Shown: positions 54,443-63,254 of the stretch, piece after piece
How the letters are laid out: every line of letters begins with the position of its first letter
Position numbering within the stretch: the stretch's first letter is position 1
DNA from: Candidatus Omnitrophota bacterium
Lineage (GTDB): Bacteria > Omnitrophota > Gorgyraeia > JAFGIU01
NCBI GenBank assembly: GCA_016929445.1
Contig: JAFGIU010000055.1
Span: 4,629 to 68,628, forward strand
DNA length: 64,000 bases
Reading direction: 5' to 3'
The notes under the pieces: model-generated
What the model saw: the letters and a program-made list of their open reading frames with translations, nothing else
Database searches by the model: none
What the model was told of the DNA's origin: nothing
Position numbers and translations under genes: made by a program

Positions 54443-55965
54443 CAGCGGCGGAGCTCTTGGAGGATTTCACCCTCCGCGTTGCGGATATAGGCAATCAGCG
54501 GCATTTTCCCGGGAAGCGAATGGCTTGCGCACGCGTGACACGGGTCATAGGCACGGAAAGCCATTTCCACTTTATTGAGCAGACCCTCGTTGACCTCGCC
54601 CTTCTTGATAAGGCCCTTGGCTGCGGCCTCCACGCTCAGGGCCATGCGCGCCGCGTTGTTCTGGGTGGCAACGATTAGGTTCACCTTGGTCAGAATGCCG
54701 TTATCGTCGGTCTCAAAATGATGGAAAAGCGTTCCGCGCGGGGCTTCCACAACCCCCATCCCCACCGAAGGCTTTTCCGTAGGAATGTTCCGAAGGTCCT
54801 TACTGGTGATCTCGGGATCGTTGAGAAGTTCCTGCATACGCTCGGCCGCATAAAGCATCTCGACCACACGCGCCCAGTGGTTTGCCAGAGTGTGGTGCAC
54901 AGGCTTGCCGCCCAGCACTTCGAAGAATTCCTCGTAGGCCTTCTGGGCCAGAGGTGTGGCCATACCCTCCGAGGCATTCAGACGGGCTAAGGGAGCCACG
55001 GCATAAATCCCGCTGTCCGCGCCGTCTACAAAACCCTTCCAGCCCACTTCCTTCAAATAGCAAAACTTCACATAGCTCCAGGATTCCACGTGTTCCTGCA
55101 CATGATCCAAATACTCCTGGGCCCGGAACTCACTCAAGGGCTTGCCGTCCGGATCCACCACGCGGATCTTGCCGTCATAAAAATTGACTTTGTTGTTCTC
55201 GTCCATCAGACCCATGTAATAGGTCCGGTGCGTGTAATACTCTGAGGTAATGAGCTTCACATACTCTTCATTCTTGAGGACAATATCGTGAAAAATCTGC
55301 AAGGTGAACTTGGCAAACTCCACACAATCCTTGGCCAACTCCTGCAACCCCGCCAAGTCCTCTTTCGCTATGCCCTTGGCCACGCCACCGGGCAAACCAA
55401 GCACCGGATGTATCACCTTGCCGCCTACATAGGCGATGAGCTCACGGATCCGGCGCCGCATGGAGATCACCTGCTTGCCCACATCCACGCCCACCTTCTG
55501 GATCACACCCACCACATTGCGTAATTCGGGCGGAGCATCCGGGCCCACAATAAAATCCGGGCCGCCCAAAATATATACGTGCAAAGCGTGGTCCTCGAGC
55601 ATAAAGGCGTTGTAAACCAGCTCGCGGACCTTCTTGGCCGCAGAGGTCGGCTCTACCTTATATAGATCATCCAAGGCCTTGGTCGCGGCCATATGATGCG
55701 CGGTCGGACACACCCCGCAGATACGGCTGGTAATCTGCGGCATGTCCTCTGCCGGACGGCCCAAGCTAAAGACCTCAAAACCGCGCAGCTCCGGAACCTG
55801 AAAATAGGCGCGGTCCACATCCCCGGTTTTATTCAGGAAGATATCGATCTTTCCATGCCCTTCCAAACGGGTAATGGGATCGATGACGATCCTTCTCTTA
55901 GCCATATAGTCTGCGTTGGCATTCTTCTGGGCTTGATCCCAGGTGGATTGAACACTCTTGTCCAT
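54442..55965 (-). CDS. mvhA: [NiFe]-hydrogenase large subunit, group 3c (Mvh-type, cytoplasmic)
   Basis: It has the L1 motif RICGVCPTAHHMA and the L2 motif DPCHACASH, followed by a cleavable C-terminal extension. It has no Tat context. Confidence 0.9.
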   Translation of the reverse strand: MDKSVQSTWDQAQKNANADYMAKRRIVIDPITRLEGHGKIDIFLNKTGDVDRAYFQVPELRGFEVFSLGRPAEDMPQITSRICGVCPTAHHMAATKALDDLYKVEPTSAAKKVRELVYNAFMLEDHALHVYILGGPDFIVGPDAPPELRNVVGVIQKVGVDVGKQVISMRRRIRELIAYVGGKVIHPVLGLPGGVAKGIAKEDLAGLQELAKDCVEFAKFTLQIFHDIVLKNEEYVKLITSEYYTHRTYYMGLMDENNKVNFYDGKIRVVDPDGKPLSEFRAQEYLDHVQEHVESWSYVKFCYLKEVGWKGFVDGADSGIYAVAPLARLNASEGMATPLAQKAYEEFFEVLGGKPVHHTLANHWARVVEMLYAAERMQELLNDPEITSKDLRNIPTEKPSVGMGVVEAPRGTLFHHFETDDNGILTKVNLIVATQNNAARMALSVEAAAKGLIKKGEVNEGLLNKVEMAFRAYDPCHACASHSLPGKMPLIAYIRNAEGEILQELRR

Positions 55966-55983
55966 CAGTTTCTCCTCCGCGAG

Positions 55984-56967
55984 TTATTCGCCGGCTGTGA
56001 CCTTCCTGCGGAGCAGACACTTGCTCAGTCCGTACCGGTAGAATGTGCCGACTGGATCCGGAATACCGTCCAGCACCCTATCAATTTCGTTTTCTTCCTT
56101 AGCCGCCATATTGGAGGAAACGGAAGAAAGCATCTTCGCACCCTGGTCCTTGACCCTGGAAGTCGGACCAAAGCAACCGGTGCAAGGCATGTTCCCGTTA
56201 ATACATAAGGCCTCGCATCCGCCGCGTGTCGCCGGCCCCATACAGATAAAGCCCTGGGCCAACAAACACAGCTCAGGATCGATCCTATGCAAATGCGGAC
56301 GCTTGAATTCGGTAAAGCTCACATCCGTGGGCTTGGAGTCCTTGCGCGGGCATTCATCGCAAAGCGCGATGTCCGGCGCAAGGACCGTGCCCTTGGGCGG
56401 AAGTTCCCCGGACAAGAGCACGAGCAAGGCCTCCTTCAGAAGCTTGGGCGTAGGAGCGCAGCCGGGCAGATAATAATCCACGTCCACCACTTGGTCCAGG
56501 GAGCGCACCACATTGCGGAACTCCGGCAGCGTGGGGTTGCGGCCCTCGTCCTCGGTTACAGGCTGAGGCCGGGTGCCCTCCTTGTTCACAACACTCGGGG
56601 CATCGTGATACACATACTGAAGGACTTCTTCCCTGGAAAACTCATTGGTCAGCGCCGGAATCCCGCCCAGATGAGAGCAAGCCCCGTACGCAATCAGCAC
56701 CTGGCTCTTGCGGCGCAGCAGTTGGACCATCTCTTCCTGCTCCGAGGTGCGGATGGCGCCGTTGACCAGAGTCGCCAGGATCGATTTGTCCGGCATGGCC
56801 ACGACATCGGCTTTCTTAAAGTCCATGGCCACAGGCCAGAACACGATATCCACCTTGTCCAGGACCATCAAAATGTCTTCGGCCAAATCCACAACAGACT
56901 CTTCACATCCGCCGCAGGAGGCGCACCAATAGAAGGCAACTTTGGGTTTCTCCGGATTAGCTGACAT
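55984..56967 (-). CDS. mvhG: [NiFe]-hydrogenase small subunit (Mvh-type, no Tat signal)
   Basis: It has the proximal-cluster motif FYWCASCGGCEES and medial/distal Fe-S cysteines. It has no RRxFxK signal peptide. Confidence 0.85.
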   Translation of the reverse strand: MSANPEKPKVAFYWCASCGGCEESVVDLAEDILMVLDKVDIVFWPVAMDFKKADVVAMPDKSILATLVNGAIRTSEQEEMVQLLRRKSQVLIAYGACSHLGGIPALTNEFSREEVLQYVYHDAPSVVNKEGTRPQPVTEDEGRNPTLPEFRNVVRSLDQVVDVDYYLPGCAPTPKLLKEALLVLLSGELPPKGTVLAPDIALCDECPRKDSKPTDVSFTEFKRPHLHRIDPELCLLAQGFICMGPATRGGCEALCINGNMPCTGCFGPTSRVKDQGAKMLSSVSSNMAAKEENEIDRVLDGIPDPVGTFYRYGLSKCLLRRKVTAGE

Positions 56968-57433
56968 CGGCCTTCACCTCCTCCTCTTCCTCCAACACTT
57001 CGGAATCCCACTCTTTAAACTGCTGAGGCAAGCCGAGGGGCCCGAGCTTCTTGATCTGATCGACCATCTCGTTGACCACCCGTTGTACCTTCTCGCCTTC
57101 GGAAGCGGAGATCCATTCCAGCCTGAAGCGCTCTTGCTCAATACCCATGCTCTTGAGCAAGCGGTTCAAAAGGCGTACCCGGCGAAGGGCCTTGTAGTTG
57201 CCCTCAATATAATGGCAATCACCCGGGTGGCAGCCGCCGATGAGCACTCCGTCCGCGCCCTTGGCAAAGGCCTCCATGACAAACTGAGGATCAATACGCC
57301 CGGAGCACATAACGCGGATGATCCGGACGTTGGCGGCATATTTCATACGCGAAACCCCTGCAAGGTCGGCGGCCGTATACGTACACCAGTTGCAGAAGAA
57401 AGCGACAATCTTCGGTTCCCATTGATCAGACAT
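56957..57433 (-). CDS. mvhD: MvhD-like [2Fe-2S] electron-transfer subunit
   Basis: It has the MvhD signature IVAFFCNWCTY...CSGRIDP...GGCHPGDCHY. Its start overlaps the hdrA stop (ATGTCTGA). Confidence 0.85.
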   Translation of the reverse strand: MSDQWEPKIVAFFCNWCTYTAADLAGVSRMKYAANVRIIRVMCSGRIDPQFVMEAFAKGADGVLIGGCHPGDCHYIEGNYKALRRVRLLNRLLKSMGIEQERFRLEWISASEGEKVQRVVNEMVDQIKKLGPLGLPQQFKEWDSEVLEEEEEVKADVS

Positions 57434-59441
57434 CGGCCAATACCCCCTCGATTTCGCTGTAGATCTCCGCATCCTCAAACAGGTTCTGTGAAATCGAACC
57501 CGAAGGACAAGAGGCCACACAAGTTCCGCAGCCCTTACACAGTGCCTCATTGATCACGGCCTTGAGGCTACCCGCATCAAAACTTATCGCCGTGTACGGA
57601 CAGAGCGGAATACAGGACTTGCAGCCCGAGCACTCCTTCTCATCGATATAGGCGGTGTTGGGTTCCAATTCCACATACCCCTTATCAATGAGCGCCATGA
57701 CCTGGGCTGCGGCTGAACCCGCTTGCGCCACGGTGTCGGGAATATCCTTGGGGCCCTGGCACCCGCCGGCAATGAAGATGCCGTCCGTAAAGGTGTCCAC
57801 CGGCGCAAGCTTGGGGTGCCTCTCCAAAAACCATCCCTCGGTTGCGCAAGAAATGTTGAACATCTTGCGCACCTCTTGAGCATCCGGTCGAGGCTCCAGA
57901 CCCACGGCCAGCACAGCCATATCCACAGGGATACGGCGCACAAATCCGCTGAGTGTGTCCTCCACGCGGATAATCAGCTTGCCTTCCTCTTCAGGAGACA
58001 CGATCCAGTCCGCGATTTCGGAGACACGCCCGCGAATAAAGTGAACGCCTTCACCCTGCAAACGGTCGTAAAACTCTTCATATCCCTTGCCCGGTGTCCG
58101 TATATCAATGTAGAAGTTATACACCTCCGCACCGGTATGTTCCTTGATTAGATGCGCCAGTTTGAGGGAATACATGCAGCAGACTCGCGAACACCACTTA
58201 TTGGATTTCTCGTCTCGAGAACCCACACAGTGGATGATGCCCACCGTTTTCGGTTTATTTCCGTCCCGGCACACCACATGGCCGCCGGTCGGGCCCGAAG
58301 AATTGATCAATCGCTCGATTTCAAGCCCTGTGTAAACATTTTCGAGACGGCCGTATCCGTACTCCGGAGAACGCGCCGGATCATATGTTTTAAAGCCTGT
58401 GGCCAGGATGATATTGCCGACCTCGATCTCTTCGATCTTTTCTTTTTGGCTGAAATCAATCGCATTGCGGTCGCCGCAGATCTCCACACAAGTCTTCTTG
58501 CATTTCCCGGTCTTGACCTCGATACAGGTGTCCGGATCAATGGTGACAATCTGAGGGGTGGCCTGCGGAAAAGGAATGTACACGGGCTTGCGCTTGCTCA
58601 AACCCAGATTGAACTCGTCCTCGAACTTGGCCTCTTTGAAGACGCAAACGTCGATACAGTCCATACAGCCCACACACGCATCTTCCACAATATAGCGAGG
58701 CTTGCGTTTGACCTTGACCTTAAAGTTGCCGACAAAGCCGTCGACTTCTGCGACCTCGGAGTATGTCCAGAGCGTGATATTCGGATGCGACTTCACCTTG
58801 GACATCTTGGGCGTAAGGATACAGGCCGAACAATCCAGGGTGGGAAAGGTCTTGTCAAACTGGGCCATGTGGCCGCCGATGGTGGGCTCTCGCTCCACGA
58901 GATAGACCTTCTTGCCCGCCTCAGCCAAGGTGAGCGCCGCGTGGATCCCGGCAATTCCGCCGCCCACAACCAGCACCTTGGGATCCACAGACACACGCTT
59001 GCGCTCCAAAGCTTCGTGAAAAACAATGCGGTATACAGCCGCGCGCACCAAGTCCTTGCTCTTCGCGGTCGCGCTTGCCTTGTCCTCGTGAACCCATGCC
59101 CCATGCTCGCGGATATTGACCATGTGAAAGTAGTAGGGGTTCAGCCCGCCCTTGGCGACTGCGTTGCGGAAAGTATCCTCATGCAAGAGAGGAGAGCAGG
59201 CCGAAACCACAATGCGGTTGAGCTTGTGCTCCTTGATGGCTGCGGCAATAAATTCTTGCCCCGGATCCGAACACATGTATTTGTATTCAGTGGAAAATGC
59301 CACGCCCGGAAGGGTGCCCGCGTACTCACAGACATCATGAACATCCACCTTAGAGGCGATATTGGTACCACAATGACAAACGAAGACGCCGATACGAGGT
59401 TCATCTGCTCCTGTGGGCGGTTCCGTTAAACGATTAGACAT
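57427..59441 (-). CDS. hdrA: Heterodisulfide reductase subunit A (FAD, multiple [4Fe-4S])
   Basis: It has N-terminal Cys (VFVCHCGTN), an FAD motif VLVVGGGIAGIHAAL and ferredoxin motifs (CSGCKSCIPLCP, CKGCGTCVASCP). The start MSNR has the RBS GGAGGTG and overlaps the hdrB stop (ATGTCTAA). Confidence 0.9.
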
Positions 59442-60315
59442 GGCCCACCTCCCTCTTATCCAAAGTTGGAAATACATGGACAAGGTTGCGCGTAAGGCCC
59501 ACCTTTTGGGCCGATAGACCAAGCGCCAAACCCATAACCTGTGTGAAATACAGGATGGGAATGGCGAGGTCTTCTTTATAACGCTTGGACACTTCGTCCT
59601 GATAGCTTTCAAGATTGAACTGGCACAAGGGACAGATCGTAACAATCACGTCCGCACCGCGCCGCTTGGCTTCCTTTAACAGGATGTAGACCAGGCGCAG
59701 CCCGACCTCGGGCAAAGACCCGGTCTGGCTGCCGCTGCAGCAACGCGTTTTCAAGGGATAATCCACCACATCCGCGCCCAGCACATCGAGCAGTTGGTCC
59801 ATGCTGGTGGGGTTGCGCTGGGAATCAAAAGCCGCATAGGGCCGGACAATCTGGCAGCCGTAGTATGGGGCTACCTTTAAATCCTTGAGAGGAGTCTTGA
59901 CCGCATCCTTTATCCTTGAAAGCCCGATATCGTTGACAAAGACATCCAGCGGGTGGCGAACCTTGAGAGAGCCTCCGTACTTGAGACCCCCGGCAGCCAG
60001 AGCCTTGTCTGTTTTTTCTTTGACCTGGGGATACTCCTCGATATACTTATTGGCCTTGTTCAGGGAAAGATAGCAGGCATTGCAAGGAACCACGACATCC
60101 GTAGCCCCTTCCCTTTCAGCCAAAGCCAAGTTACGGCCGGCCAAGCCGAAAGCCATGCTCTCATCCACACCCATATAAGCTGTGGCGCCGCAACAGTTCC
60201 AATCATCAATTTCATTGGCCTCAACACCCATTGTCTCGAAAATCGCGAGGACCGATTCCTCATAGGCTTTGCCGGTCCCTTTCAAGGAGCAACCGGGATA
60301 GTAAGAATATTTCAT
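59434..60315 (-). CDS. hdrB: Heterodisulfide reductase subunit B (two CCG domains)
   Basis: It has MKYSYYPGCSL and CCG motifs (WNCCGATAY, TRCCSGSQ). Confidence 0.9.
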   Translation of the reverse strand: MKYSYYPGCSLKGTGKAYEESVLAIFETMGVEANEIDDWNCCGATAYMGVDESMAFGLAGRNLALAEREGATDVVVPCNACYLSLNKANKYIEEYPQVKEKTDKALAAGGLKYGGSLKVRHPLDVFVNDIGLSRIKDAVKTPLKDLKVAPYYGCQIVRPYAAFDSQRNPTSMDQLLDVLGADVVDYPLKTRCCSGSQTGSLPEVGLRLVYILLKEAKRRGADVIVTICPLCQFNLESYQDEVSKRYKEDLAIPILYFTQVMGLALGLSAQKVGLTRNLVHVFPTLDKREVGHV

Positions 60316-60902
60316 GAGGTCGATACCCCCTTTCTATCCGAGCTGGCGTCCATAACTGCCTGCAGCTCCTTAATGCGCTTCACAGACTCGGGTTTGTAAT
60401 CCATGCGCCCGGTGCGAATCAGCCGCAGGCCCATTTTGCTCATTGTGAAAATGCGCAACAGGTTGGTCTTCAGCATGAAGATCATCATCAGCCGGCTCTC
60501 GGTGATGCGGCCTTTGGCGCGGACCATTTTGTAGAATTCCTTGCCCAGGATGGGGATAGCGAAGCGTCTGGGGTAAACCCGCTCCTGAATGGCTTTGCGC
60601 TTCAAGGCGTACATCACGTCCGTGACCTTGATGAGTTTTGGACATTCCGTGGTGCAGGAGTAGCAGCTGGTGCAAAGCCAGATCGTTTTGCTGCGCAGGA
60701 CCTCGTCCTTGAAACCCTGGCGCGCCATGTTGATAAGGCGCCTTGGAGTGTAATCCATGTAATGAGAAACAGGGCAAGTAGAGCTACAGATACCGCACTG
60801 GATGCAGTTTCGAATACGCTCGCTGCCCACGACGCCCGTGATCCACTCGGAAAAATCGTGGTCTCTCTCGGACTCGTATTTCATGCTCTTGGGGGTCGTC
60901 AT
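60312..60902 (-). CDS. hdrC: Heterodisulfide reductase subunit C (2x[4Fe-4S])
   Basis: It has CIQCGICSSTCP and CTSCYSCTTECP. The RBS is GAGGAGG. It is the first gene of the eight-gene operon. Confidence 0.85.
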   Translation of the reverse strand: MTTPKSMKYESERDHDFSEWITGVVGSERIRNCIQCGICSSTCPVSHYMDYTPRRLINMARQGFKDEVLRSKTIWLCTSCYSCTTECPKLIKVTDVMYALKRKAIQERVYPRRFAIPILGKEFYKMVRAKGRITESRLMMIFMLKTNLLRIFTMSKMGLRLIRTGRMDYKPESVKRIKELQAVMDASSDRKGVSTS

Positions 60903-60993
60903 GAGCCCTCCTCGGTATTGCCGCAGCCCTAAAGCGGTGCTGTACTGCGTGCTTAGAGAACCGGACTATGGAAATAAGACCAAATCTTACCTA

Positions 60994-61011
60994 TTTCGGA
61001 AATTCGGAACC
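60994..61011. promoter_or_regulatory. Direct heptamer repeat TTCGGAA-A-TTCGGAA in the hdrC leader/promoter region
   Basis: tttcggaaattcggaacc lies about 95 nt upstream of the hdrC ATG. It is a candidate regulator site with no assigned factor. Confidence 0.2.
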
Positions 61012-61191
61012 AGATATGTAGGACCTATTTGACGATTTCTTGAGCTAGACTTCTATGCGCCACGTCATATAGTTTACCTTATTTTTGAGGAGATGGAGTA
61101 ATTTCGTGAGATTCTGGAGCAGGCGGGCAGAATTCCCGGGCAATCTTACCGATTCCGTCAAAACATGACTACCATCATAAGATCATATTTA

Positions 61192-61230
61192 GGTGCCAGG
61201 CACTGGTGCCAGGCACCGGTGCCTGACACC
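61192..61230. repeat. Family-1 tandem palindromic 13-mer array between etfA and the hdr operon
   Basis: aGGTGCCAGGCACtGGTGCCAGGCACCGGTGCCTGACACC. Confidence 0.7.
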
Positions 61231-61235
61231 AAAGA

Positions 61236-62273
61236 TTAGGCGGCGACCGGAGTGTTTTTGGTCAGGAGTTCATTGACCTTGGTCATGACCGCAAAGGCAT
61301 CAGCCACATACAACACATCAGCCTTGCCGTGGGCCCATCCGCAATTGGGGTCCAAGTTAATCGCACGGCGATCATTGATGAACCGCCAACCCACCACATG
61401 CGGCTCTTCCCCGTGGCAACAGGTGGCCAAACCCTTGGGATGACGCGGCGTGGAACCCGTTTGCCCCACCTGGTTCAGGTGACTCATAAAGGAGATCACT
61501 TCCTGTCCTTCTCCCGCCTGATCCACCAAAGACTTGCTGCTACCCAAGGAGGCCTTCTGGACCGTTAAGAAATCGCGAAGGATATTCTCCGCCTCTTTGA
61601 TGTGTATCTGTCCGTCGGACTGCTTCTTGGTCCAGCCCGCACCGGCTACAAGCAAGACATCGGCATCCGGACGGATTGTTTGCGCATCTGCGGAAGGCGC
61701 CTGAACCCCCTGAACTTCAGTGCGCAAGTTTGGAACGGAGACACTCACTACCTCAAGGGTGGCCTTTCCGTTTCCCTGCCACGGGGCATTTACTCCGGAA
61801 TCCAACAACAAAATCCACGGGCGCTGCGAACGGGTAAGCGTGGCCACCATGCGCTGCCGGTAGTACCAACGCTGAATTTGCGGAGACTCTTCCTTAAGCT
61901 CCAACCGACTCACATGAGTGTCGATGCGCCCTTTCAAGCGCGCCGCCACACCGGGAAGAGAACGACTGAAACGAGTGGTAGCACCGGCCACAATGATCGT
62001 GGCCGCGGATTGTACGGCCAAGGCCTCAGCCGCAGCAGCGTCTGTGGAATAGCGCGATACACCGAACTCCTTACCGCTCACAGCCATGATTTTCCCAGCG
62101 CCACAATTCCCAATGGAATTTGCGGCAGACTGAACATTCTCCCCAATCAATCCAACATCCAGAGCAGCGCCCAGACTCTTAGCCAGATCCACGGCAGCAG
62201 TCAGTGCCTCCAGCGCAACCTTGGGCAGGCTTCCATCGTTCTGTGTATGTGATAAAAATAGAATTTTTTCCAC
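61236..62273 (-). CDS. etfA: Electron transfer flavoprotein alpha-subunit homologue (divergent FAD motif)
   Basis: It has a GTG start with the RBS AAGGTG. The C-terminal domain has NQVGQTG and ...AINLDPNCGWAHGKADVLYVADAF, which matches the EtfA C-terminus. The usual PKLYIAxGISGAIQH appears here as PKGLATCCHGEEPH. Confidence 0.7.
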   Translation of the reverse strand: MEKILFLSHTQNDGSLPKVALEALTAAVDLAKSLGAALDVGLIGENVQSAANSIGNCGAGKIMAVSGKEFGVSRYSTDAAAAEALAVQSAATIIVAGATTRFSRSLPGVAARLKGRIDTHVSRLELKEESPQIQRWYYRQRMVATLTRSQRPWILLLDSGVNAPWQGNGKATLEVVSVSVPNLRTEVQGVQAPSADAQTIRPDADVLLVAGAGWTKKQSDGQIHIKEAENILRDFLTVQKASLGSSKSLVDQAGEGQEVISFMSHLNQVGQTGSTPRHPKGLATCCHGEEPHVVGWRFINDRRAINLDPNCGWAHGKADVLYVADAFAVMTKVNELLTKNTPVAA

Positions 62274-62302
62274 GATTCACCTTATGGTTGGAACGAAGAT
62301 CA

Positions 62303-62348
62303 CCACGCCTCCCTAACAGCCGGCTCGTGATGACGCTTCGCGTCAGAT
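62303..62348. repeat. Conserved 46-nt intercistronic element, copy A (etfB-etfA spacer)
   Basis: CCACGCCTCCCTAACAGCCGGCTCGTGATGACGCTTCGCGTCAGATT. It is about 90% identical to copy B and contains the palindrome GACGCGAAGCGTC. Confidence 0.6.
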
Positions 62349-62384
62349 TGCTTTGCTAAGCTCGCAACGACAAGTCTGTGAATT

Positions 62385-63194
62385 CTAACCTTTGAGCCAC
62401 GCGACAATCTCCTCTGCAATTTCTTCAACTGGAATATCCCTAACGATCTTGGTCTGGCGCTGCTGCACCGGCACTTCCACCTTCTCAAAGCTCACACCTT
62501 CAGCTCCCACCTTCGCCGGCTGTGCCTTCTGCAAGGCCGGCATAATGGTGCGCATATTGGCCATGCCCACCTGCGGGTTATTGGGCGGCTCCGGCAAACT
62601 CCCGGTCGCCCAAGCCAATACGGCAGGGGCACCTTTACAGGAGGAGATCTGGTACTGCCCGCCCTCGATGCGTTCCAAAATCTTGAGCGAACCGTCCGCC
62701 TGCACCGTCAATTCGTCCACACCGAGAAACTGGTCTGTAATGCCCAGGTGCTCGCCGATCATCTGCATGGTCGCTCCGGCATCACGCGAGGCCGACGAAC
62801 AACCGCCGAACAAAAGCAGTTTGGATTTGTCCAGACCGTCGATCTTCTCGATCGCGCCGGCTAGAGCCCCCGCAACTTCAGCAGAATCGGTGAAGCCGCC
62901 CGCCGGGCCATCCAGGACCACGAGCTCAAAACCGACCTTCTGTGCAATGGTCATCATGAGCTGCTGCAGCTTGGCTTTAGGACCCAGGCTCACCAACCAT
63001 ACCTTGGAACCCTCGGTATTCTTGGCCAGATTTGCAGCCTCGTAGAGTGAATGACCTGCCCACGGATCCAAGACCGCAGGCAAAACCATTTCGTTCTTCA
63101 GAGCAGGACCCGCCGGCCCCTGCACCGGCTCCAAAGTCTGCAAAGGATCGGGCACCAAGGATCCGCACACGACGATATGAAATCCAGAACTCAT
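62385..63194 (-). CDS. etfB: Electron transfer flavoprotein beta-subunit homologue
   Basis: 269 aa with an EtfB-like Rossmann N-terminus (IVVCGSLVPDP). The RBS is AAGGAGGAG. Confidence 0.7.
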   Translation of the reverse strand: MSSGFHIVVCGSLVPDPLQTLEPVQGPAGPALKNEMVLPAVLDPWAGHSLYEAANLAKNTEGSKVWLVSLGPKAKLQQLMMTIAQKVGFELVVLDGPAGGFTDSAEVAGALAGAIEKIDGLDKSKLLLFGGCSSASRDAGATMQMIGEHLGITDQFLGVDELTVQADGSLKILERIEGGQYQISSCKGAPAVLAWATGSLPEPPNNPQVGMANMRTIMPALQKAQPAKVGAEGVSFEKVEVPVQQRQTKIVRDIPVEEIAEEIVAWLKG

Positions 63195-63204
63195 GTCTCC
63201 TCCT

Positions 63205-63250
63205 TAAAAGACCGCCACGCCTCCCTAACAGTCGGCTCGCGGTGACGCTC
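63205..63250. repeat. Conserved 46-nt intercistronic element, copy B (ETF-QO-etfB spacer)
   Basis: CCACGCCTCCCTAACAGTCGGCTCGCGGTGACGCTCCGCGTCAATT. The palindrome is GACGCGGAGCGTC, with the stem conserved and the loop changed. Confidence 0.6.
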
Positions 63251-63254
63251 CGCG

